Below are positions 9,319 to 18,845 of a DNA stretch of 64,000 nucleotides, piece by piece. The first letter of the stretch is position 1, and every line of letters begins with the position of its first letter. The position numbers and the translations under genes are program-made. The notes beneath the pieces are model-generated. The model made no database searches. It saw only the letters and a list, made by a program, of their open reading frames with translations, and was not told where the DNA came from. The stretch comes from a virus: IMG/VR virus record IMGVR_UViG_3300018080_000131, positions 1 to 64,000 of that record. One strand, written 5' to 3'.

Positions 9319-9627
9319 ATGGATATAAACCTAATTCAAAAAGAGCAGATTATTTTAGACCAAGTTAAATTTTTAAATGTAATGTTAGAGCAATTGAGAA
9401 AGAGAAACAAATTATTAGAAAAGAAATTAGGTATGCATTATGCAAAGATGATAGGTTCAGGTACTCCTTATGAGAATCTGATTCATCATACAAGAAATAT
9501 AAAATCTGATTTTGATAATTATTTAAAAGTTGTCAGAGATGAGATAATAAAAATTGAGAAGGCTAAAGCTCAAGAGCAAAGAAAGAAGAGAAAGAAACAC
9601 AAGTATCAAAGTCATAACCAGGAATAA
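9319..9627 (+). CDS. hypothetical coiled-coil protein
   Basis: Codon usage like neighbours; followed by a weak hairpin and T-run. Confidence 0.55.
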   Translation: MDINLIQKEQIILDQVKFLNVMLEQLRKRNKLLEKKLGMHYAKMIGSGTPYENLIHHTRNIKSDFDNYLKVVRDEIIKIEKAKAQEQRKKRKKHKYQSHNQE

Positions 9628-9711
9628 TTCATTCCTTATTTTATGAAAATTTTGTAATTTTATCCAAAATCAAGGAATTTCTATAAATTTTTTTAAAAAT
9701 ATTTTTATACT

Positions 9712-9811
9712 TAAATCATTGTATAACAATAACTTAGCAAAAAAGTTGAAAAAAAGTTGAAAAAAAGACTTGACAAATGACTAAAAATGGTTTATATTAT
9801 AAGTAGAAACA
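9712..9811 (+). promoter_or_regulatory. early promoter cassette (TAA-N19-TTA site, A-tracts, TTGACA-17-TATATT)
   Basis: TTGACA 9770-9775 and TATATT 9793-9798; same architecture at six other loci. Confidence 0.9.
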
Positions 9812-10690
9812 ATGAGAAAAGAAAAAGAAACAAACAAAAAAGGAGAAAGAGAAATGTTAGATGTTTCAAAACTTGGTTCTAAGGAAAGAAAAAAGGTTCT
9901 TCAGGAAAAACTCAATGAGTTAGCTTCTAATCTAATTACAGATGTTGAGAAGCTTAAAGAGTTTGCTAGAAATTGGAGTGCTGGGTTTCATCATTATTCA
10001 TTTTATAATCTTCTTCTCATCTGGTGTCAGAAACCTAAAGCTACTCTTTGTGCTGGTTTCAAACAGTGGATTAAAAAGCACAAAAGGTTTGTAAGAAAAG
10101 GTGAAAAGGCTCTTTGGATTCTTGCTCCTATTTTCAAAAAAGAAAAGAAGGTTGAAGAGATTAAAGATGCTGATGGAAATGTGGTTGAGACAAAAGAGAA
10201 AGAGATTGATAAGCTGGTTGGTTTCACTTCAGTTCCAGTTTTTGATGTTTCACAAACAGAAGGAGAAGCTTTGGATATTGGTGGTAATAATGTAAAGGCA
10301 AATGGTGAGCTTCCTAATGTTGAAGAGATTGGCAAAAAGTTTGGTTTTCCAGTAAGAATCTCTCAGGGTGTTGCTGATGGTTGGACAAATGGTAAAGAGA
10401 TTGTACTTTGTGAAAGAAAAAATAAAGCTCAAATGGTTGCTTGTTTCTTTCATGAATTAGGTCATAATCTTTGTGGTCATCTTAAAGACAGAAAAGATGT
10501 TTCAAGAGAAAGAGCAGAATTAGAAGCTGAAGCTGTTAGTTTTTTGGTTTGCTCCTGCTTGAATATTGAGAATAATAATAGTGCTTCTTATATCTCTTGC
10601 TGGAAAGGTGATAGGGAAAAGATTGAGCAAAGTGCTTATAAGGTTTTAGGTGCTTCTGAAAAAATCTTGAAAAAAGTACTTGACAAATAA
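9812..10690 (+). CDS. ardC: ArdC-like ssDNA-binding/antirestriction protein with HExxH zincin domain (SD-led start probably 9854)
   Basis: YSFYNLLLI...AGFKQW...VRKGEKALWILAP...VFDVSQTEG N-terminal motifs; HELGH and ELEAEAVSFLV...SASYISCW in the C-terminal part. Confidence 0.85.
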   Translation: MRKEKETNKKGEREMLDVSKLGSKERKKVLQEKLNELASNLITDVEKLKEFARNWSAGFHHYSFYNLLLIWCQKPKATLCAGFKQWIKKHKRFVRKGEKALWILAPIFKKEKKVEEIKDADGNVVETKEKEIDKLVGFTSVPVFDVSQTEGEALDIGGNNVKANGELPNVEEIGKKFGFPVRISQGVADGWTNGKEIVLCERKNKAQMVACFFHELGHNLCGHLKDRKDVSRERAELEAEAVSFLVCSCLNIENNNSASYISCWKGDREKIEQSAYKVLGASEKILKKVLDK

Positions 10691-10707
10691 GGAATGTATG
10701 ATACAAT
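10680..10707 (+). promoter_or_regulatory. sigma70-type promoter
   Basis: TTGACA-16-TACAAT with upstream TG. Confidence 0.6.
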
Positions 10708-10936
10708 GAAAATGAAAAGAGAAAATAAAATGAAAGATAAAACAATGATTGAAGGGTTTAAAGATAGGTTAAGTAAGCTTGGTACAGATTATGATGAGTA
10801 TGTGAGGTTTAGAGAAGATTTACTGGAATATAAAAAGAAACTTCAGGATGATGCTCAAATAAGAAAAGTAGATAAGCTTGTTTATCTGTCTTTGATTGTT
10901 TGGGATAGTAAAGCAGAAACAATTACACTTTATTAA
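10694..10936 (+). CDS. hypothetical protein (true start probably downstream)
   Basis: ORF after a promoter; several in-frame ATGs. Confidence 0.55.
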   Translation: MYDTMKMKRENKMKDKTMIEGFKDRLSKLGTDYDEYVRFREDLLEYKKKLQDDAQIRKVDKLVYLSLIVWDSKAETITLY

Positions 10937-10947
10937 AGGAGAATAAA

Positions 10948-11427
10948 ATGAAAACAAAACAAGAAGAGATTCAACAGTTAGAGGATTTCTTGGGTACTTT
11001 GGAAAAAGGTGGTTACCTTGATATGATGTTTAAAGGAATCATGGAACATGCAAGGTATATCATCAAGAATGATTTTGGGATTTCCATTATTGAGCAGATG
11101 AAAAATTACATGGATGAGATTGGAAGGTATGAAGCTGATAAGAAAAAGCTCCAAGATGAATTAAGAGATAGTAATGAAGATTGGCATCTTAGGTTGAAGA
11201 AGATTGGTAAGAAAGCTGGTGAGAAGATGAGAGTGATGAATAATAAGATGAACCATTATAAAGGTGTTAACAGTACTATAATTGAAAGTAGAGATGATGT
11301 GGTAAAGGAATTCAATGAACTTAGAGACAAGTACTGGAAACAGATAGAAGAGCTTGATAATGCTAAGGAAGAAATACTGAAACTGAAAGCTAGGTTGTAT
11401 GACCTTGAGCATAAAGAGGAGAAGTAA
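10948..11427 (+). CDS. hypothetical coiled-coil protein
   Basis: SD GGAG; C-terminal EEILKLKARLYD. Confidence 0.65.
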   Translation: MKTKQEEIQQLEDFLGTLEKGGYLDMMFKGIMEHARYIIKNDFGISIIEQMKNYMDEIGRYEADKKKLQDELRDSNEDWHLRLKKIGKKAGEKMRVMNNKMNHYKGVNSTIIESRDDVVKEFNELRDKYWKQIEELDNAKEEILKLKARLYDLEHKEEK

Positions 11428-11428
11428 A

Positions 11429-11617
11429 ATGAGAACAGTTAAAATAAAGATTGATATTCCTATAATGACAGAAGAAGAGTATCATGATTTGGATGATTAT
11501 ACAAGAAGAGAGTTTGGAAAAACTCTTGAAGATAAGCTTGAAGATGTTGTTGATAATTGGTTGGAAAAAGCAAAGGCTACAGTTGAAGTTGAAAAAAAGT
11601 TTAAAAAAAGTGCTTGA
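11429..11617 (+). CDS. hypothetical protein
   Basis: SD GAGGAG before ATG 11429. Confidence 0.55.
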   Translation: MRTVKIKIDIPIMTEEEYHDLDDYTRREFGKTLEDKLEDVVDNWLEKAKATVEVEKKFKKSA

Positions 11618-11642
11618 CAAACTTTATGATTTATGATATGAT
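11614..11642 (+). promoter_or_regulatory. sigma70-type promoter
   Basis: TTGACA-17-TATGAT. Confidence 0.65.
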
Positions 11643-11660
11643 GAAATTAAGGAGTAAGAA

Positions 11661-12002
11661 ATGACTAAATCAGAAAGAATGAAAGAGAGATGGAAAGACC
11701 CAGAGTTTAGGAAGAAACATGCAGAAGCTATTAAGAACAGAAGACCAAGAGGAGAGGTTAAAGCTGAGAAGGCTGAGAAAGCCAGGAGAAAGGCTGTAAG
11801 GAAAGAACACCAGGAGATGAAGGCTAAGGCTAGGGAAGAGAAGAAAAGGAAGAAGGAAGTGGTTGAGAAATACATTAAGGATACCAGCAGTAAGAGAGTT
11901 GAAATGAATAACTCATGGAGAACCTGTTTGTGTTGTGATAAGATTCTTCCTATTAATATGATTGTGGATAAGAGATTTAATATCTGCATTGATTGTAAAT
12001 AA
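11661..12002 (+). CDS. basic protein with C-terminal Cys pairs (possible Zn ribbon)
   Basis: SD GGAG; CLCC...CIDC. Confidence 0.6.
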   Translation: MTKSERMKERWKDPEFRKKHAEAIKNRRPRGEVKAEKAEKARRKAVRKEHQEMKAKAREEKKRKKEVVEKYIKDTSSKRVEMNNSWRTCLCCDKILPINMIVDKRFNICIDCK

Positions 12003-12014
12003 AGGAGCTAGGAA

Positions 12015-12677
12015 ATGAAACTTTATAATCACACAAGATTCAGTGATAGGGTTTTAAGGGATATGTTGGAACATGCATCTAAGGCTATTGGTGGTGTTAG
12101 AACTGATGATGTTGTTATTAAGGTTTCTGCTGGTAGGTCTTATTCAATCAGTGGTAAGGTTTTTAGGTCAAACCAAGTTTCTAATTTTTGGACAGAAGGA
12201 GCAAGGAAATTTAAAAGTAAGAATATTCCTTTTGATTTTATTGAGACAGATAAAGCTTATATGCAATTGATTATTCCTTATAGAAAATGGGATGTTGCAG
12301 GTTTTGTTAAATCAGTTTTTAAAATTATGGCTCATGAATGGAAGCATATAAAGGATGCTCAGGAAGGAGCTAGATTTGATTCTCATGATATTCCTTATAA
12401 GAAAAGGATTCAAGAAATAAGAGCTTTCCAAGCTGAACAAGATGCTATAAAATATTATAATGAATTTAATCCTGAATTTGATAATGTGATTCATATGTTT
12501 GTTAGAGAAATATTGAAAATTGTTGAGAAAAAGATTGATGCAAGAAAGAAAGCAGAAGAGAGGATGAGGAAACAAATGATGGAAAGGTTTCAAGCTAAGA
12601 AGAAATTAGAAGAACAAATAAATGAACTTAAACAGATAAGAAAAGAGTTAGAGGAAACTGAGGGAATTTATGTCTAA
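12015..12677 (+). CDS. putative zinc metallopeptidase-like protein
   Basis: AHEWKH motif plus downstream EIRA; SD GGAG. Confidence 0.55.
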   Translation: MKLYNHTRFSDRVLRDMLEHASKAIGGVRTDDVVIKVSAGRSYSISGKVFRSNQVSNFWTEGARKFKSKNIPFDFIETDKAYMQLIIPYRKWDVAGFVKSVFKIMAHEWKHIKDAQEGARFDSHDIPYKKRIQEIRAFQAEQDAIKYYNEFNPEFDNVIHMFVREILKIVEKKIDARKKAEERMRKQMMERFQAKKKLEEQINELKQIRKELEETEGIYV

Positions 12678-12861
12678 GAAAAAGAGAAGAGGAAGGCTTC
12701 CTTCAGTAAAGAAAATTGAGTTTAGCAGGTGTAAGAATTGTCCATTAAAATATTATGGTGTAGAAAAGGATGCTAAAACTGGTAAGATTCTCAGAGTTTT
12801 TGATTGCAGAAAAGATTGTATTTTGTTAAAAAAGACAAAACCAGAAGGTTTGGAATTATGA
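12670..12861 (+). CDS. small Cys-containing hypothetical protein
   Basis: Overlapping start; CKNC...CRKDC. Confidence 0.45.
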   Translation: MSKKKRRGRLPSVKKIEFSRCKNCPLKYYGVEKDAKTGKILRVFDCRKDCILLKKTKPEGLEL

Positions 12862-12933
12862 AATTGAATAAATTTTCAAAAAAGTTTTACAGAGGTAACT
12901 TACCAAAAGTAGGTTGTTTTAACCAAAACTTGG

Positions 12934-12963
12934 TTGACAAGCTACTACTTTTTATGGTATAAT
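12934..12963 (+). promoter_or_regulatory. sigma70-type promoter
   Basis: TTGACA-18-TATAAT with extended TG. Confidence 0.7.
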
Positions 12964-12967
12964 AATA

Positions 12968-13222
12968 ATGAAAGGAGAAAGAACTATGATGATTTATCCA
13001 ACAAAGCAAGGAGCTTTAAGACCAGGAAACTATTGGAGAGTGGTCTTCAAGTTCCAAAAGAATGAAAAGGAATGGTTTCCAACAATTCATCTATTTGATG
13101 ATGAGGAAGAAGCTAAGGCTAAGGTTGAGGAGTTGAATGAATTTACTGGAATGGTGCATAGTTTAGGGACAGTAACTATTCAGAAACAGGTGAGGTGGGG
13201 AGATGTTGTGCAAAAAGTGTAA
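12968..13222 (+). CDS. hypothetical protein
   Basis: Follows promoter; internal SD GGAG before a second in-frame ATG. Confidence 0.6.
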   Translation: MKGERTMMIYPTKQGALRPGNYWRVVFKFQKNEKEWFPTIHLFDDEEEAKAKVEELNEFTGMVHSLGTVTIQKQVRWGDVVQKV

Positions 13223-13454
13223 GAAAGAAATTAGGTTGAAAGGTCTTTTCTTTGCAAACAAGCTTTCAATAGACAAAGGATATTGCAGTTGGGCTTGTAT
13301 GCTGGCTGATTTAGGAGAAGATGCTTGGGAAATTCTAAGGAAGTACATTAAAGATTCAGATGAGGAATTTAAAAAGAATAGGAAAGAGTTTGAAGAGTGG
13401 AAGAAAAGGAGATTTCAGGAAATGCAGGAGAAAAAAAATGAAAGAAATGATTAG
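13203..13454 (+). CDS. hypothetical Zn-finger-like protein
   Basis: CKKC...YCSWAC; SD GAGGTG. Confidence 0.55.
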   Translation: MLCKKCKKEIRLKGLFFANKLSIDKGYCSWACMLADLGEDAWEILRKYIKDSDEEFKKNRKEFEEWKKRRFQEMQEKKNERND

Positions 13455-13887
13455 TAAGGATAGGTCTAATTACAAAATTAGAAAGGTTATAGCCAAAACT
13501 GAAGCTAGAACAAAGGCTCTTATGGATAAAGTTAATGAGTATAGAAGTATTATTCATGAGTTACAGGTTAAGCTTCATGAGGCTGAGAAGAGGTTAGAAG
13601 AATGTCAAAAGAAATAGATGAAGGAATGGAAAGGTTTATTAAGTGGAAGAAGGATTGTTTTATGTCTTGGTTTAACAGTTTGTCAAAAAGGAAACAGTTG
13701 TATTATAAATGGTGGATGGAGAATAGTCATAAAATTCCTATAGAAGACTTAGAAAAAATGGGAAAGACAAATTGAGATTCATAGCTGGTTTGTGTTTACT
13801 TTGGTTTTTCATTTGGGTATGGACAGTACTTGATTTAATGGATGCTGAAGGAACAGGTGAAATAAGAATTTTTAAAAGGAGAAGAAA

Positions 13888-14334
13888 ATGAAACAAAGAA
13901 GGTTTGACCAAAAGAATTTAATTAGGTTGGCTGAGGAGTATGTGAATACTTCTGATGATACTGTATTTGAGAGATTAATGGCTGAGGAGCTAGATGCTTT
14001 AATTGGAATACAGTTGGGAAAGAATTATATGAGTGTAAGGGAGTTTTGGGAAGATATGAAGCAGGAAGTTATGATGTACTTGTGGAAGAATAGGGAAACA
14101 GTGAAGAGTACAAAGAGTAGAAGTTATTATCAGTTTTATTATATTAGAATTAGAGGTAGATTAAATCATATTGTAACTAACCAAAATAGGACAAATAGAA
14201 ACTCTTATAAAACAGGAATGAAAATATCATCTTATGATTCTCAAAATGATGCTGTAATAGCATTTGATAATTTATCATTAAAAGATAAAAAAGACTTAGG
14301 ATTGCCAGAATATTCTGATGAAATTGATATGTAA
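13888..14334 (+). CDS. sigma-factor region-2-like protein; paralog of the C-terminal half of 48531-49358
   Basis: LGKNY...WEDMKQEVMMYLWKNR...YYIRIRGRLN aligns with LGKNY...WDDMRQDVIINLWKNR...YYNRIRKGLN. Confidence 0.55.
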   Translation: MKQRRFDQKNLIRLAEEYVNTSDDTVFERLMAEELDALIGIQLGKNYMSVREFWEDMKQEVMMYLWKNRETVKSTKSRSYYQFYYIRIRGRLNHIVTNQNRTNRNSYKTGMKISSYDSQNDAVIAFDNLSLKDKKDLGLPEYSDEIDM

Positions 14335-14354
14335 ATGTGGTACTATATAGATGA
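14333..14354 (+). promoter_or_regulatory. second promoter class (extended -10), copy 1
   Basis: Identical 22-mer AAATGTGGTACTATATAGATGA also at 26406 and 54436; TG-n-TACTAT. Confidence 0.75.
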
Positions 14355-14376
14355 AAGGAGAACAAGACACAAAAAT

Positions 14377-14462
14377 GGGAGAAGCAAGTGAGCAAGGAGA
14401 AAAGTTTAGAAGAGTGGGTTTTACTCCTTTTCCTGCTCTGATAAATGTTCCTTGCTTCTCCT
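14377..14462 (+). ncRNA. long intergenic stem-loop / possible small RNA
   Basis: GGAGAAGCAAG 14378-14388 pairs perfectly with CTTGCTTCTCC 14451-14461; inner GAGCA/TGCTC stem; just downstream of a promoter motif. Confidence 0.55.
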
Positions 14463-14481
14463 ACATTAAAGGAAATATAAA

Positions 14482-14772
14482 ATGACAAAAGAACAAGCTA
14501 TTAAATTAGCAGAAAGTAGGTTTTGGGAAGATATGACAAATTATGATATTGCTAAGTTTCAATTATTTGAAGATAAGCTTTGTATGCCTTTTGAAATATT
14601 TCATAAAGCAATTGAAGAAGTATTAGGAAGACCAGTGTTTATTCATGAATTTGGTCTTAATAGAGAAGGTCTTAAAAAAGAGCTATTGGGAGAAAAAGAA
14701 TCTCCTTCTCTTGAAGATATAATTAATCTTATTCCAAAAAATAAGAGAGTTATTGTTATTAAAGGAAAATAA
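14482..14772 (+). CDS. conserved phage hypothetical protein
   Basis: FQLFEDKLCMPF...FHKAIEEVLGRPVFIHEF motif familiar from phage proteins. Confidence 0.65.
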   Translation: MTKEQAIKLAESRFWEDMTNYDIAKFQLFEDKLCMPFEIFHKAIEEVLGRPVFIHEFGLNREGLKKELLGEKESPSLEDIINLIPKNKRVIVIKGK

Positions 14773-14914
14773 AAATGAAAAAATGGAATATTAAACTTAA
14801 TCTTATTGCTCCAATTCAAATAATTGTTTCTTTGATTTTAGGATTTACTGGTTTGGTTAATTGGTGGGTTATTGCATTTGTTTGGTTAATGCATACAAGT
14901 TTTGATATAGAAAT

Positions 14915-16318
14915 ATGATTAAAGACAAAGTTACAATAGCAGTAGGTAATGTTTATTCTATGCTGTCAGATTATACTGAAGAGCTTGAGAAAAAACTTAC
15001 TTGTGCTTATGAAAACTATTGGTTTTCACCAAAATATAAATCTGGTCTTTGGGATGGTATGTATCACTTCTTAAAGATACCCAGCTTGAAGTTTCCAACA
15101 GGTTTAATGTTTCTGGTTACAGAATATCTTAAAGAGAATGGTATTGAGTATGAGTTTATTGATAATAGGAAGGTTGTTAATCCTAGTGCTTTTATACTAT
15201 CTGATGATATGTTGGAAGGAATAACTCTGAGAGACTATCAAAAAGATGCTGTCAGAGAGGCTGTAGTCAATTCTAGAGGTATTTTAGAGCTTCCTACAGG
15301 TTCAGGCAAGACAGAGATAGCAATTGCTGTTACAAAGGCTCTAAGGCTTAAAACATTATTCCTGGTTAATACAAAAGACCTTCTTCATCAAACAAGAGAA
15401 AGATTCAAGAAGAGGTTGGGTTGTGATGTTGGTATTGTTGGTGATAGTTTGATTATTGGTGATGATGAAAATATTACAATTGCTACAGTTCAAACAGTTA
15501 ATTCATTGATGAAAAGTAATTTAAAAGAAACCAAAAAATGGTTGAACAAGTTTGAGGTAATATTCTTTGATGAATGTCATCATGCAAGTTCACAAACATT
15601 CTATAAGGTTGGGATGTTTTGTCATGGTGCTTATTACAGGTTTGGTCTTTCTGGTACTGCATTGAGAAGAGACAGGCTTTCTAATCTAAAGCTTATGGCT
15701 TTAACAGGTGAGCAAATTTATAAGCTTCCTGCTCAGGAGCTTATTGATAAAGGTGATATTAGTGATATTGAGATTAAGATTTTCAATTACCCAGGATTAG
15801 AATATTATGGTGAGAAGTGGTTGGAGATTTATGATAAAGGAATTGTAAGGAATGAACAAAGAAATGATGTTATTGCTAATATTGCTTGTAAGGATTTTGC
15901 TTTTGGTAAGAGAGTTATGATTCTTGTGAGATATATAGAACATGGAGAGATATTGGAAAACAAACTACAAAATGAGTATAAGCTTCCTTGTGTTTTTATT
16001 CATGGTTCTCATACCAGTAAAGAAAGAAAGGAAGTAAAGGAGATGTTTGATAAGGATGGTGATTTTATTCTTATAGCTTCTCCTATATATAATGAAGGTG
16101 TTGATATTCCTACAGTGAATAGTTTAATTATTGGTGCTGGTGGTAAATCAGAAGTTAGAACAATTCAGCAGGTAGGAAGAGGATTAAGGAAAAAGGATGA
16201 TGGAAGTAAGCTGATTGTATATGATTTTCAGGATACAGGAAAGTTTCTCACTAAACATAGTGAGAAAAGAATTGAGATATATAAGAAGGAATTTAATTAC
16301 AAAGGAGATGTAAAATGA
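14915..16318 (+). CDS. uvsW: superfamily 2 DNA helicase, UvsW-like
   Basis: LRDYQ, PTGSGKT, DECHH, SGT, EGVDIP, QQVGRGLR. Confidence 0.92.
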   Translation: MIKDKVTIAVGNVYSMLSDYTEELEKKLTCAYENYWFSPKYKSGLWDGMYHFLKIPSLKFPTGLMFLVTEYLKENGIEYEFIDNRKVVNPSAFILSDDMLEGITLRDYQKDAVREAVVNSRGILELPTGSGKTEIAIAVTKALRLKTLFLVNTKDLLHQTRERFKKRLGCDVGIVGDSLIIGDDENITIATVQTVNSLMKSNLKETKKWLNKFEVIFFDECHHASSQTFYKVGMFCHGAYYRFGLSGTALRRDRLSNLKLMALTGEQIYKLPAQELIDKGDISDIEIKIFNYPGLEYYGEKWLEIYDKGIVRNEQRNDVIANIACKDFAFGKRVMILVRYIEHGEILENKLQNEYKLPCVFIHGSHTSKERKEVKEMFDKDGDFILIASPIYNEGVDIPTVNSLIIGAGGKSEVRTIQQVGRGLRKKDDGSKLIVYDFQDTGKFLTKHSEKRIEIYKKEFNYKGDVK

Positions 16319-16713
16319 CAAAAGTAACTAAAGTGTTTTTATGGATTTTTGGTATTCTTGGGATTTTGATTATTACAGGTGTTTTTTTATCAGGATATTT
16401 TGATGGAAGGAAGTATGTTCCTTATGAAAAACCAACAAAATCTGAAGGTGAAAAGATGAGAACTTGGGAAGGTTTTGAATATGCTCAAACTGGTCAAACA
16501 TGGAAAATCTATGGTGAGTATACTCCAGTTTGGAGTTCACCTGATGGTAACAGAATTTTAGAGACTACTTTAGGTGATGGTATTAAGGTTAGGATTATCA
16601 GTGTTACAAGAACAGAGTATGATATTTGGTATTTTTGTGAAGCTGATACTTTTCCTATTGTAAAAGGCTATATTTGTGTTGCTCAGGTTGATGATGCAAG
16701 GAGAATAAAATGA
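16315..16713 (+). CDS. membrane-anchored hypothetical protein
   Basis: N-terminal TM helix; SH3-like C-terminal pattern. Confidence 0.55.
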   Translation: MTKVTKVFLWIFGILGILIITGVFLSGYFDGRKYVPYEKPTKSEGEKMRTWEGFEYAQTGQTWKIYGEYTPVWSSPDGNRILETTLGDGIKVRIISVTRTEYDIWYFCEADTFPIVKGYICVAQVDDARRIK

Positions 16714-17075
16714 AAAAAGTTGTTATAACTATTCTTATGATGCTTGTTTTTATGGTTGGATGCAGTACATTAGGTATCAAAACATGGAAACAGGTTAGGC
16801 TTGATTATTGTGAAGCTAATATAGGAACAAGACCAGCATCTATTCTGAAGGCTATGAGAAGTAATAAGCTTGCTGAAGGAATGACAGAGAGAGAAGCATA
16901 CCTTGTTTCTGGTCATTATTATGATGGAGAAAGATACATTTCTAATTATCATGTTGGTGGAGTAGAATATAAAACAAAGATTTTATATAATTCAAGTGGA
17001 ACAAGTTCTATTACATTGATATTTAGGAATGGGTATCTTGAATCTTGGGATAGAAGCCATTATAGGATTTATTAA
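16710..17075 (+). CDS. putative lipoprotein
   Basis: MKK + hydrophobic stretch + MVGC lipobox; GMT motif. Confidence 0.65.
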   Translation: MKKVVITILMMLVFMVGCSTLGIKTWKQVRLDYCEANIGTRPASILKAMRSNKLAEGMTEREAYLVSGHYYDGERYISNYHVGGVEYKTKILYNSSGTSSITLIFRNGYLESWDRSHYRIY

Positions 17076-17084
17076 GGTTGATTA

Positions 17085-17152
17085 ATGGTTTTATACTTGG
17101 ATGGTAGAGTTTTTAGCTCTATGGGCTTCTCAGAGGCTTATAGATGGTATTT
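17085..17152 (-). repeat. dispersed repeat, degenerate copy B
   Basis: TTATACTTG...GAGTTTTTAGCT...GGCTTCTCAGAGGCTTATAGATGGTATTT matches copy A in the same orientation. Confidence 0.7.
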
Positions 17153-17302
17153 AGAAGGAGAAACTGGTGCAAATAAACAGAAGTAATGAATGGATAAAGG
17201 AAAAAGCTTTTGAAATTACTCAAATTACTATGATTGAAACTGCTACCAAATTTATGTTAACTCTGCTGGCTGATATAAAATTTGGTGAAATAAAAACAAA
17301 GG

Positions 17303-17842
17303 ATGAGGAATCTAGAGATGCAATTAAAAATCTTAAAAGAGTATTGGAATGTGATAAGAGGAAAGGTAAGGAGTCTAGTTTATTATCCAGAATCTGAAGA
17401 TATATTTAGTGAAATACTTCTTGCATTACATGAGATTGAGTTTAAAGGTAATAGTGATGTTGGTACTCTTATTTACAAAATAACAAAGAATAAAATTACT
17501 GACTATTTAAGAAGGAAGTATAAAATGAAAGAAGTTCAATATGATAGTTATTTTATGAAAAATTATGATGATGATTTTTATTGGTCAGAACCAGAACATA
17601 ACAGAGTATTATATTACAATGAAAAGGATGGAATTAAAGAGATTGAAGACAGGTTGCATGTTCAGTACTTACTCAGTTTGATTAAGAATGAGAAATATAG
17701 AAAGGCTATTATATTAAGATATTTTAATGAATGGGAAACAGAAGAGATAGCTAAATATTTTTCTGTTACATCAAAAACAGTTAATGATTATGTCAGAAAA
17801 GGCATAAATCAAATAAGAAAAATGGAGGGATTAAATGGTTGA
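17303..17842 (+). CDS. ECF-type RNA polymerase sigma factor
   Basis: SEDIFSEILL...LIYKITKNKITDYLRRK (region 2); YRKAIILRYF...EEIAKYFSVTSKTVNDYVRKG (region 4 HTH). Confidence 0.85.
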   Translation: MRNLEMQLKILKEYWNVIRGKVRSLVYYPESEDIFSEILLALHEIEFKGNSDVGTLIYKITKNKITDYLRRKYKMKEVQYDSYFMKNYDDDFYWSEPEHNRVLYYNEKDGIKEIEDRLHVQYLLSLIKNEKYRKAIILRYFNEWETEEIAKYFSVTSKTVNDYVRKGINQIRKMEGLNG

Positions 17843-18173
17843 AGATTCTGCAACAATTACTTTTAATGTATTAGCTCCTGCTGATATAAAAGTAGTTCCT
17901 AATCTGACAGAAGCAATTGTTAGGCTTGGAGATTGGGCTTATATTGCTTTTGAGGTTCAGAAGATTGAGAATTTTGCTGGAGAAGTTTATTTTGAAGCAT
18001 TAAACTTACCAGCAGGTGTTGAGGTTGTTTATAAACCACAAGAACAGCATCTTACAGTTGGTGGAGAACAGCAACAAGGTTTTATGATTGATTTCTTTTT
18101 TCCAAATGATGTTAATCTTCTTGGTCAACATGAAATTACTGTTAGGATTTGGGGAGAACATACAGGTGCATAA
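17835..18173 (+). CDS. small beta-sandwich (Ig-like) protein
   Basis: Alternating beta pattern, NLPAGVEV turn; SD GGAGG. Confidence 0.5.
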   Translation: MVEDSATITFNVLAPADIKVVPNLTEAIVRLGDWAYIAFEVQKIENFAGEVYFEALNLPAGVEVVYKPQEQHLTVGGEQQQGFMIDFFFPNDVNLLGQHEITVRIWGEHTGA

Positions 18174-18281
18174 AGCTGAGGATACAGTTATTGTGAGATT
18201 CACAGTGAGGAATCTCACTCTCATAGAAAAGATTCTCAGGTTCTTCAAGAAGATTTGGAAGTGGACAAAGGAGTTGTTTAA

Positions 18282-18845
18282 ATGAAATTCTTTACAGCAG
18301 ACACTCATTTCAATCATAAAAGTATTATTGAAGCTTGTTATAGACCTTTTAAGAATGTTTGGGCTATGAACAGTTTTATGGTTGAGAAATGGAATGAGGT
18401 TGTTTCCAAGGGAGATGTAGTTTATCATCTTGGGGATTTTGCTCTTCCTAATAAAGGTGATGGTCATGAGATTGAAGATATTATTGACAAGTTGGCTGGT
18501 ACTATAATTCTAATTCTTGGGAATCATGATGAGAGGAATTTAAGAAAAAAGCATTTAGAGAAGTTTGCTAAGGTGGTTGATTTAGATTATATTAAGCTTG
18601 TTGATAATGGAAATAGTTATAGAGCTATGTTATGCCATTATCCTATGAAAACCTGGAGAGCTTCTTGTCATGGAAGCTGGCATCTACATGGTCATAGTCA
18701 TGGTAACTTACCAGATTATGGTTTTGCTATGGATGTTGGTGTTGATGTTCATAATTTTTATCCTATTAGTGAGAGAGAAATTATTGATATAATGCTTGAG
18801 AGGAAAGAAAGAAAAGAAAAAAACTTAAATGGAGTGAAAAAATGA
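18282..18845 (+). CDS. calcineurin-like metallophosphoesterase
   Basis: DTHFNH, HLGDF, GNHD, HYP, HGHSH, DVGVD. Confidence 0.92.
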   Translation: MKFFTADTHFNHKSIIEACYRPFKNVWAMNSFMVEKWNEVVSKGDVVYHLGDFALPNKGDGHEIEDIIDKLAGTIILILGNHDERNLRKKHLEKFAKVVDLDYIKLVDNGNSYRAMLCHYPMKTWRASCHGSWHLHGHSHGNLPDYGFAMDVGVDVHNFYPISEREIIDIMLERKERKEKNLNGVKK

